Source of the DNA: Schizochytrium sp. TIO01
Taxonomy: Eukaryota > Protista > Bigyra: Labyrinthulomycetes
DNA length: 64,000 nt
Direction of reading: 5' to 3'
Assembly: GCA_004764695.1 (NCBI GenBank)
Contig: SMSO01000031.1
Span: forward strand, 4,502,436-4,566,435
Shown here: positions 12,597-23,535 of the stretch, piece by piece
Position numbering within the stretch: position 1 is the stretch's first letter
How the letters are laid out: each line of letters begins with the position of its first letter
The notes under the pieces: generated by a model
What the model was told of the DNA's origin: nothing
The model's input: the letters and a program-made list of their open reading frames with translations, nothing else
Database searches by the model: none
Made by a program: the position numbers and the translations under genes

Positions 12597-15500
12597 GTTC
12601 TAAAAGCACCGGCAAGCCACCAGGAATCGTGGCAATAAATAAATTTGGCACGCGAAAGATGTTGCTTCACATTTTACCTATGCAGAAGCATGGACAGGTA
12701 CTTCGGCCACGCCAAATGCCATGATGTCGCTGGACGATCGTGACTTGCGATTGGCTAAGACAGTGGCCCGGATGCTCTGATCGATCGATGACTGATGGCC
12801 TGAGCCTAAAGCAGCCGCTGGTTCTACTGAAGGCCTCCTAGTACTTTGAAGTAACCTCGGATAGATTGGTTATCTTGAAGCATAGTGCAAGGAAGCTTAT
12901 TGAAGCATGTAATGCAATATCCAAAAAAGCAGCACTACATACTGACTGCAGTGTTCGTCGCTTAGCAAGAGAGCAGGTACACGCAGGCGGCGCCTAAGTT
13001 GCAGCTCCGAGCAACGGTCATCGAGTTCTGAATGTCATAGAGACTGCGCAGATGTGCACTTTACCATCATGACTGCTAATTGAAGTATGCTACCTCTTAC
13101 ACTAGTTCCCTGCGCTTCTCCAATCAGCATCAACGCTGAAGAATATCGTCTTGAGTAACAGATTGTTATTGGCCTGCCTCGTATTGATTAATCAATCAGT
13201 CATGCCTCAGAAAGCCTTTGATCCTTATTTACATCGTGCTGCTATACTTGCATAGGTAACTAGGTAGGTATCCCGTATTGTACGACTGACGTATATCTGA
13301 GGTGCAGAGTAGCGACCACTCAGTTCAATAGTTCATTTCAATCCAACTGAAGAAGCAGTAGGTCGGTATCGAATACTGCTTCTCTATAATGCTACCTTCT
13401 CTTCGTAGCTTTTTGCAGGGTCTATTTTCACACAATTTTTTAAAACTAATAAAGTAAGGATATTATTATATAAAAATACTTTAGCAGTCTATATTTGCCA
13501 TATGAAACTATTTTTGTTTTTAAGACTTTGTTTGCTTTTCATTAATTAAAAAAGAAGTTTAAAAGGAAGAGGTGGAAAAGAAAGTCAGCTCTAAGCCCGT
13601 CGCCTCGTATGTGTATAAGCTGCTCGCAAGTGGACTGGCTCAAGTCTTGAGATCACATAGTGGAACGAGCTCGAATCAAGCGATATATATCTTGACCGAT
13701 CTTATGTTTGCATAAACTCTATATTTTCCTACGTCGGTATTGCCGCATGGCTATACAGCGAACTCATTTACTCCATTTATTTAATTTTTAGCTTTCAAGT
13801 AGTGTCGTTTTTCCTGTCCTAGTAGAAATTGGAAATGAAAGGAAAAATAATTTCTTAATAAACGTTTTTGAAAGTTTTTTTTTTTCTTTTTCTTTCTCTT
13901 TCAGATATAGATTTAGAAAAAGTTTGTTTACCTTGAAAAGAAACGACGATGGGTGATTCTCAAGTTTGCATCGCAAAAAGCTGTCTAGACAGAACTATAG
14001 GATAGGATAGCGTGGGAAGAAAGGATGGCAAAAATCCCATCTTGTGTCAATGGCCCCGTAGTGTGATACAGTAAAGAACCAAGCGGATCTTATTTGGTAC
14101 CAGATCGCCGCGACAGGCTGAGCTCTGGTGTTTGCTCTTCAAGATGTTGGGGCGATGTTTAGTAGCTGGCGAGATTGAAATCGAGTTGAGCAGCAAGATA
14201 TCCATCGATTGAATGGCTAATTGATGCAGCATTGGTAGATTCACCCTCTTTGTTAGATGCGGTCTGTCCTCTGGCAGCACCAGGAGTTAGAGCACTGTGC
14301 TAACTCGTCAAGGTAGATTTTTTGCGCAAGCCACTACTGTCTCGTGCCTTAAGTATACTGCATATTGATTGGATTGCACTGCAGATATGAATATAAACAC
14401 ATTTATAGATGTGCCTGCGAAAGGCTGCCTCGTCTTTGGTAGATGATCACCGAGGAGGTGCTGAGCTCTCGCGAGCTTGCTTGCAGAAACGAACGTTGGG
14501 GAATTAGGAATGGGTAAGTATGAAGTGCAAGCCCGCCCCCATAATTTACTAGCTGGAGAGCTGCCCGAATTCACAGCACAGCGTGCCGACCTCTAAACTT
14601 GGCCAGAATGTAGGTCTAGCCAAGGTATTTCGACCGATACCTAGTTAGAGCATAGATACGCAACCACGAATGTATAAGACCCAAAAGCCCCAAGGGCAAG
14701 AGCAAGCTTCATCTTTTAAAAAGCTAGGTAAGTGCTCTATCTTCAAGGTTGACTGCTTGCCTCCCAATGGAGTGGTCCACTAACTGGTCCACCTACAGGC
14801 GACAAACTAACTAGTAAAGGAGTTTGTAAGACGCTGCCACGGGCCCAAGCCGATGAACATATCGGTAGATGGGGGTTTCAACTGCTTTTGTCAGCTAGCT
14901 TGCCGACAATTTGGCAAAAACAATCGAGGCTTGTTGCGATAAAGCTGAAGCTAGCTTGCCATGAGGCAACTGCTTTGATGAAGAGTTCCATGAGTTATAT
15001 CCGCTAGAAACTGTGTTTTTGTGGTTTGCTGGTAGAAGGCCTCATTTACTTTTAATAGTAAAAGCATTTTTTAATTTTTTTCGCTTTCTTGATAAGTGTT
15101 TTTCTAAGTTTTATTGGAAACTGTTGGTCCGAGTAGTGTGGTGATATTTCCTAAGAAAACTCAGCTCATCGGAAAGTGGGATCAATCAACCTTGGCGTAC
15201 TGTGGCTGCATAAGCATTGGCACTATCATGCTGCCGATGACGTAGTTAGCAGCGCGAGGCGCTTCAAATGTCACCCTATTCATTAGTCCCCGTGCCAAGG
15301 TTGAACAATGAAGTTAGTGTTAGACTGTCAAAGAAAGTTGTCTCTTTTAGTATAGGCCTGTCATCTACCTGCCCTATATTCCACTAAAAAGAACCGGATA
15401 GAAATCTCGTTGACTTGTGGATCCCGTGTCCTAGTGTGATGAGCTAACCTAAATGGTAGGAGAATTGACACTCCTGTCCCTGGGTCCTACTCAACAAAAA

Positions 15501-16120
15501 CAACCTCCGCCCATCTGACTGCCAATAAGCACTTCTTCACTCATCACCCTTGTTGTCAAATATTGCAATTTGTTACCAACCTGCGAAAACGTGGAAGCAT
15601 TTGGATCAGATTGGTCCGCACGGTTCTGAGATAGGTTTACGTACCAAGAGGCTCTTTGGCCAACCAGTACGAGAACGGCCTTTGGCTTGCTTACTTTGGC
15701 TAATCAGGTTAACTGCGAAGAAGAAAACCCAACAAACAAGTCCCTCGCGGCGACTCTTCCACCTCTGGACAGAGAAATTCCGCCTTTGGGAACAACATCC
15801 ACTCACTTTTTACCAATACGTTGACTGACGAAACCACAATCACACATAAGGCCACTATATGGCCACTACCCCGGCGCATAGCCTCCGCGAGATAATGCCT
15901 AGGCGCAGCAGTGCCCCTTCTTCGTTGCCATTGGCCGCAACAGTTGCTTTGCACTGCAGCAAACTGACTGACTAATAGGATGGCATCAGAATGGTCTTGT
16001 TCTTGCACATTGAAGAACCCGATCTTACCGTCGCTCTCACTTGAGGAATTAATTCCAAGACGCTGGTGGTTGCCAAGCTTGTCTTCCAATCAAGAGGTCA
16101 CTTCTCATTTCGAAAGAGGC

Positions 16121-16194
16121 ATACATTTATACATTTATACATTTATGCATTTATACATTTATGCATTTATACATTTATACATTTATACATGCAT
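16121..16194. repeat. 8-bp tandem repeat (ATACATTT/ATGCATTT)n, about 9 units
   Basis: Directly visible; a related motif in the opposite orientation (ATAAATGC) lies at 17441-17473. Confidence 0.9.
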
Positions 16195-16592
16195 CAGGGA
16201 AATGCTTAAATGATTATGAAATCGCAAAATCCTTACAACCAACACTGCGATCACTTTTTCCCATGTCGGCTGATGGAATCCGTCGCGTTCCTGCCAGTTC
16301 ATCTTGCTCTCTCCTAAGGAAAGTAAGTGTAGTGCTCAATTCTCTTCCGTATTTCCCACTGATCCTGAAATCCTGGAAAACCCAAGTTAGCGCTGCTTCT
16401 TCTTTTACTTCCGTAGCGTACTTTGGCGTACTTTAGGTTCCTTTTGCCAAGCCTACTGAACGCAGCGTTGCAGATCGCGCCGGGTTTGTCAGCACCGAAA
16501 TGAGGTTATTTCTGCCACCGAGTCCTCCTCCTTCAAGAGTAAAAACAACTCAGACAGCGAGCGACCGAGACGACTTTCCTTCAGGTCTTACT

Positions 16593-16594
<2 letters not shown>

Positions 16595-16626
<32 letters not shown>

Positions 16627-16714
16627 GTTACAATGCTTTTTATCCGACTTACCCTTAAGAAAGAAACTAATTTTTATTTTCAACTTTTTCGCCTTCTTCT
16701 TCTTCTTCTTCTTC
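16595..16714. repeat. T29 homopolymer (16595-16623) and (TTC)n (~16693-16714)
   Basis: Directly visible. Confidence 0.9.
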
Positions 16715-17117
16715 ATTAAAATTAATTAAAGCATAAAAAACTAATACTAAGTACAATCAATGCTAACAATCATAAAATTAATCTACAGTAAACAGCGCCT
16801 TCGAGAGACACAAAGTAGTCACAACAAATAAACAAACAAACAAAGCGGCGCCGCTTGTGGCCTCCTCCCACATGCGCAACCGAAGGGCGTCTCTCCATCC
16901 ACGTCCAAGCAGGCATGCGCAGGAGAGTCAGCGAGCAGACAGACAAACAAACAGACAGACAGACAGCCGGCCAGACAGACCCCGGCCCAAAGAAAGCAGC
17001 GGCCTCCAGCGCTGCGCTGCGTGTGTTTTGCATTGCTCTCTATGAAGAGATCGAGCTGGGCGAGTCCTCGCGGCGCAGACCTCTCATCGCATTGCATTCC
17101 TTACTTACTACTTAGAT

Positions 17118-17150
17118 CGCATCGCATTGCATTGCATTGCATTGCATTGC
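17118..17150. repeat. (GCATT)n microsatellite
   Basis: Directly visible. Confidence 0.9.
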
Positions 17151-17843
17151 AGTATAGTATTTCTTTCTTCCCTTTTAACTCTAAAGAGCAGCGAGCACTG
17201 CTAGAGGCCCCACCTAGCGCAAACGGTAGCAGTGCCAAGAGACATTTGCTACGGGGGCGTACAAGGGAGGGGAACCCGCAGGAGCCTGCGTAACGCCTAG
17301 TCCCCGGCTGAGGAAATGTCATGGAGGGCTTTGGCGCTTGGATCATCGCATGATCGCAGACCTTCGCGCGATGAAGACCTTCGAGGCGATCGAAGACCGT
17401 CGAGGCGAAGCACGAGGAGGACGACCTGAGGAGGGCCGCGCATAAATGCATGCATAAATGCATAAATGCATGCTTGCAGAGAACAACTCACTCCAATCGC
17501 TGCGGAATTCGATCGACGAAGGCGGAGAAGATCTGGAGCTAGCTTGCTGCCGAGCCAGGGCTCCTGCTTGTAGACTGGATATTCATTTTGTGGGAGGAGG
17601 GCATGGCCGCGCAGAGGCAGAGGAGAAGCGGCACCGGCTGGCTGGAGCTCGCTGAGGAGACGAGGCTCGACCTCAGTGCGTGCGAAGGTGGGCTCATTGG
17701 GTCGCGTCTTCGAGCAGAGGCCGGGCTGCTGGCTGGCTGAATGCCCTGCCGCGTGGGAGCCACCTGATACGGCGACTTGGCGAAGCAGTTGAAACTGATA
17801 AGCTCAGTACTTGCTTGCGGCAGAGCAGCAGAGCAGCAGAGCC

Positions 17844-17890
17844 GACTGACTGATTGACTGATTGACTGACTGATTGACTGACTGACTGAC
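17844..17890. repeat. (GACT/GATT)n microsatellite
   Basis: Directly visible. Confidence 0.9.
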
Positions 17891-18830
17891 GGCTCGCTTG
17901 GCATCGCGTGTCAGGAGATCCAGAGCAAGCTGGTCGGTCAGCTGCAAGGCCGAAAGCCCGGTGTCTATGGACGAGCAGCCTGTCTCGCTGCGGCCGCGGA
18001 TGGCGCCAAGGCTCTTTGTGGACCTTGCCTGGTGCGATTACTTCTTGAAAGATCGCTGTGCGTTCAACGGTAGGTTGGACAACGGCCTGTGCAACGCAGA
18101 TTGGCAAACCTGACAGAGATAGATGGGCGGCTCCTAATTGATGCACGAGACCGCCGGCGGTCATAAATGCACAGGCGCCACTTAGGCAGGTAGTGCTTTC
18201 AGGATCATGTCAATGCGAGATTCTATGGTAGACTGAGAGCCCATGACCCCGATTTGGCCGCTTACGCTTCTTATCAAATGCCTGCCGACCGAGCCTGCTC
18301 TTCTTTTGTCGTAGTTTGACAGGTAATGGATGAAGGTTCCTCTGCTCCTGCTCCGGGAGCTAGTCCTCGAAGTGGCCTCAACGAGTTGGCGATCGCTTTC
18401 TTGAACACCTGCTGATCTTGCTTTCCATTTCTCGAGCTTTTAATACAACACAGTGCCTACTGCGTGTTACCTTCTCGAGCTCTGCTCTGTGCGAGCAATC
18501 GGCATCATCATCTTTGCTCCCCAGCACCACCTGGAAAAAGTCAAGCGTTTGCAGCTTCGTAGCATGAAGCTGAGAAGATATATGGGTTATAGGGTCATGT
18601 TACTGGGTCCTATCATGTGCTGCGCCCTGTAACTAACTCTGTATGAGGGGCACTCAGTCAGGACGGGAAATGCGAGGCGCGCATCAACGAGAAGGAACCC
18701 GGCCATGTCTGAAGAGCCGTGCCTCGGACTCAGAAAGAAGTCGCGTCTCCATCGCACAGACCTCACGGCAGCGCCATTTTTCGGATTCGCTGCTCTTGGC
18801 GTCTCCAGCAGGGAGGGAGACCAGCACTCT

Positions 18831-18863
<33 letters not shown>
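18831..18863. repeat. (GCAA)8 microsatellite
   Basis: Directly visible. Confidence 0.95.
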
Positions 18864-18864
<1 letters not shown>

Positions 18865-21800
18865 TCTGAAGGCAGAACTACCTCAAAAAGCCTAGCACGT
18901 ATGGAGGGAAATGAAGCTTTAAAGCTCTCCACGACAATCGCGATGCCCATGCTCCGAACCCACAACGTTGTGTACCTCTCGGCATTCAGAAGCGGCTGCA
19001 CGTAGGTAGGTAGGCGCCTGAGCTAGCCAGAAAGCCTGTCTGCATGAGCTGGCGAGCCAGCCAATGGGCTTCCTGGACATCTTGGAGGGGGTGCCTTGCC
19101 CGCGATGCTTCTTGATGGCACAAGAGACTCGACAAACGCCAAGATCATCCATGGATGGCACCATTTTCCTCAAGCCAATCAATCAATCAATCAATCATAT
19201 GACGAAACAAAAGGAAGATGCAGGCAAAACACAGCTTGAGAAACACAATCGTCGTCATCAACAGCCTGTCTCAAACACGTCACAGCAGAAAGCTTCCAGG
19301 AATAGCTGCTGTTTCCCAGCGCAGAGCCCCTCTGCTCTCTTGATCCGGAGCCAAGGCGGCCTCAAGTTTCGTTCCAAGTGAGCACGCATTCACCTCTTCT
19401 TGCATCAAAGGCGCCTCTGATCAGCAGCCATCTAGCTAGCACACTAAAAACTGCATTGAGCCTCACTCGCTCCTCAAGCCTCTCTTACCTGCTTTCTACA
19501 TGTCCACATGATGCTTGCACTAACCAATTAATTAACTTGGACTGACTGACTGAGGTCGAGAGCGCTCTGTGTTTCCAAGCAGTTCTTTGCAAGTGGAACT
19601 CCGCTCCTTGCTGGTTTGCCCCGGTTCCGGCGCAGCTTGTTCCGTTCTGTTCCTCAAGCGCACGGCAGCAATGAGAAGTCTGAATGGTCTCGCAGCTCCG
19701 CTGTGGTAGACGAAAGCAGTAGCAGAGACTAGCGTCCCACCGAAAGCTACTGTTGCTTAGGCGATACAGGCAGACCGAAAGCGAGAATGAAAGGAGGAAT
19801 CGCTCGCTGTCTGTCTGTCAAGGCGCACCAAGGGACGAGTCTGGCTTACGGAGAGAGGGCGCGATGGAGCCCACCGTCCACTCACCGCTCCCACCAGCAC
19901 CTCGACCCCGGAGGACGATGGGCCTGGCTTGCTTGCTACGTTTAGCGCATAGTGGGTCTTCAAATATTGAGGTTTCACTGCACCTGTGAATAGAATGGAT
20001 TCCTCCTTCGTAGGTACCAAGAAAGGGAGACACTTTTGTTCTCGAGAACCTTTTCACCTTTCTGTTTATTTTCTTCTTTCCAGCCCTTCACACCCTAAGC
20101 CCTGCTATCGTTTCGTTAGTGTACTTGAACTTTTAAACTTGTTTTCTCTCCCTTTTCGTTTCTTTTTGCTTTCTCTCAGGCTCTTTCAAGTTCAACTCCA
20201 TTTCCTCCTCTGCCTTCCAAGAGAGGTTTTCAAATTATAGATAAGACCTCCATAGCGTAAACATTATTATTATTAAATTTAATTTTAAAACATTTAATTA
20301 AGTTTTTAGTTCTGCAGTAACACCCTAGGACTACGACTAAATCAATCTAATTTTTGTTTTTAATTCCTGTCGCACAAAAAAAAAAAAATATTAGTCATAT
20401 AACTTTTAGTTCAAAGAATACACTTTTAATTGTTTTTTGTTTTTGTTTTTGTTTATACTTAATGAAAATTTTGCGGCGGCTTTCCCTAAGCGCTCATGAG
20501 CGATTGCAATTGAAGCAAGGGTTTTCATCACTCAGAAAGCTACCTCTAGACCAAGGACCTGGCCGATTGACTGGTGGCCACACCTCGACCGCAACTCAGG
20601 CAGTCTTGGCAGGCCCCTTCCAGTGAGTAATCCTCCGTGTCCTGCACAACTTGCAGGACGCAGCTCAATCTCTACTCACGCACGAACAAGCCTTGCTCCT
20701 CCTCCTCCTCCTCCTCCTCCATAGGACCCCCTAACCCCCGCCTACCCAAAACACAGCGATTGATTCATTTCATCATCCATTGTTCAACTACCTAGTAGGC
20801 GGTAAGGGTATATACGCGGCTCAATAGCAGTTCGAGTTTGGAATCAAACAGAACAGCCCGTCCTAGCGAAAAGTAGCTGACCCTTACCGACACATTCGTA
20901 TCGCCTATTTTCCCCGGGTCCCTTGCGCAAACAGCCACCCCCGGCAAAGGCGGCGCGTCTGTCCGCCGAATAAGCGCCATTTCTACTTAATTTGTTAAGG
21001 ATGCTGAGTTGGCAGGAGCCCTCAGAGGGGACACATGCAATTGATGACACTGGATCCTATATGAGAGGAGAAAGAAGCGCTACGACCTCTCTGCCATGGA
21101 CTACCCGAGTTCAGGCGCTAGTAAAGTCCACTCTACTCTCTAGCTAGATGAATGGGTTAGAAGCAGCAGTGGAGGGCTCATGGATTGGAAACTCGATTCC
21201 ATCAAGAACCTAAAAGTTGCAAAGAATATGAATGGCCGTGCAAAGATGCTTGGTGGGGAGTGAGTGCAGTAGGAAGGCAAGAATAGTTTCGCGGGACTGA
21301 ATTGGTCTTTGATTTGGAGGGCAAGAAAGCTTTTCTCACGGTTTTATATTCGCATCGAAAAAGTGGGAATCAAGAATGATTGATTGTTGCTCAAAACTTG
21401 GATGGAAATAAAATGGCTTCAGCGAGGAAGGTGACTGACAGCTCGAAATTTTCACGCCGATGCTTGCCCCGGTTGCAACTTTAATTCACAAGTCTAGAGT
21501 GAAGTGACGAGAATGACGACGAGGAGGAACAGTTGAAAGGGGACAAGGCTTCCAGGGCAACAATTGCATCCTACAAAAATAGATGGGCACAAACGTAGCA
21601 CAAAACTGTTGGGAAATTCTTGCATAAATTAAATCTACTATCAAGGTACACTGCCCTGTGATTGCATATCATTTATTCCCTTGGAAGAAAGTCAGGATTT
21701 CTGCCTTCTCTATGAGGTAATGTGGATAAATAATATGGGGAATCTAGGGAACCTCTTGACATCACTCGTTGTATGCTCCCTATCCCTATCAACGGAGCCT

Positions 21801-22266
21801 CAGAGCTGGAGCCTAAAAGGGTCTAGTATAGACAATGCTACACCTATAGTTTAAGATAAGGACAACTTCATAGGACCCTCGCACGTGCACTTGGCGAGAC
21901 TACGTACTACCTAGCTAATGAAGTACTTCAGATTACTGCCGCTCGAGAAATAAAGTTATAAGCGCAGAGTCATTGCTTGAGGGGATAGCAACATTCTACA
22001 GACGTTCCGGGGCTTCAGGCGTCGTATAATTCTCCCCGCGCTCCCACTCCCCCGCCTTTAAGACGAAACAATATCCACGAGAACTTGAGAAGAGTTGAGC
22101 TGATCTTGTCACAAAAGGGTCAGAACACACTCCATCTTTCAGCTCGGGCTGGCAGCGGTACAGCGACCAACACGACTACACCATCTAGAGACACTGAGAA
22201 GATCACCTACACGTAACGGTGGTAGCTGATAACTAATAACCTTTGAGATCATAATCAAGAGAATAA

Positions 22267-23034
22267 ATGACGGCAGAAACTGCTAAAAGCGTCACTTATG
22301 AATTTGGAAACAACTTCTCGAGGAGCGACTATGATAAGAAACTCAAATGCTACGTGTCTGAGCGAGAAGAAGTGGCCTATGTCGATGTAGAGTATAATTC
22401 AAAGCCTCGTTCTACAGCGATCCGCGTAATACATGCACGGAATACCCAATATTTCCTTACCGCGCTTCTTATTTTCGATGTCATCCTCCTTTTCGGGCAG
22501 GTTTTTCTTGATGCACATTTTCCGCCATGCTACGCAATTACTGCAAATGCAGAGTGTGTTGACGTTAATGGCGTTGAGTCCGATACTGCGCATGTTCATT
22601 GCGAGGAACACTCATATGCTGTAGAGTCGGTGGCTGTGGTCATGTATTTTGCAAGTCTGATCATCCTCAGCATCTTTGAGATCGAACTCGTTGCACTAGT
22701 TCTCACTCTCGGCCCAGTTCAATACCTTCGTAACTTATCTTATTGGCTTGATACGTTTATCATTAACGTTAGCATTGTTCTTGAAGTAGTTCTTCACGAA
22801 ACTAAGGATGACGCTCTTGCGTCTGCGCTTGTTGTAGCTCGTGTTTGGCGTCTCATTCGTATCAGCCATGGTATTTTTACTACCAAGCGCCGTCAGCTTA
22901 TGGCAAGTATTGTCGCTGGCCAAGAGCTTGTGAAAAGTGAACCGTGGGAAGAGGTTGACTCGGAAGAAGAGGAAGAGGATAGTCGTCAGTATCGTAAGTC
23001 TCGCGTTGCTTCAGTTCCGGCAACCTCCTTATGA
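22267..23034 (+). CDS. HVCN1: Voltage-gated proton channel Hv1 (voltage-sensor-only protein)
   Basis: Four TM segments and no pore domain. S1 acidic selectivity residue in LLIFDVILL; S2 ILSIFEIE; S3 LDTFII; S4 Hv signature RxWRxxR (ARVWRLIRISHG). Confidence 0.88.
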   Translation: MTAETAKSVTYEFGNNFSRSDYDKKLKCYVSEREEVAYVDVEYNSKPRSTAIRVIHARNTQYFLTALLIFDVILLFGQVFLDAHFPPCYAITANAECVDVNGVESDTAHVHCEEHSYAVESVAVVMYFASLIILSIFEIELVALVLTLGPVQYLRNLSYWLDTFIINVSIVLEVVLHETKDDALASALVVARVWRLIRISHGIFTTKRRQLMASIVAGQELVKSEPWEEVDSEEEEEDSRQYRKSRVASVPATSL

Positions 23035-23535
23035 AGTTTCAGACCCAAATTCTGCTTGTACTACCTTCGGTCCTTTCTGAGTTGGCACAACGCCCTGCAA
23101 TCTCCTCTGTTTTTCTCTTCTTTTGTTCTTTTCTTTGTTCTGTCGTTTTGTGCAAGATCAAGCTGGTTTGTGCTCCACTGGTAAAGCTGTCACGTTCTGT
23201 TGTATTTCCGCTTAGCAATAACAAATAACTCCTGCTCAAGCTTGATTCTAGCGTATGATATCGATATTTGTTTTCATTTTTTTTTTGGTGGACATTTGAT
23301 ATCTTCACGAATATAAGGTGGCTACCCCTCTCTTTAAAAGTTCCTCTTCCAATCTTGAAGATGGTTTTCCCCCATTCTTTGCAGACTCAAATATCTGGGA
23401 TGATGCAAATACACTTACTATGAATTCAAAGACTAACTAGATGCAAAATTTATCATCCAAAACGTTTGCTCACCAAAGTGAGCAATCTCAAATAGACCAG
23501 TCGCTCAATGTAGTTAGTTTAAAAGCTACTTACGT

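Noticed and set aside
16770-20240. Many overlapping 60-156 aa ORFs on both strands
   Set aside because: GC-rich, stop-poor microsatellite DNA; mutually overlapping, with no recognisable motifs.
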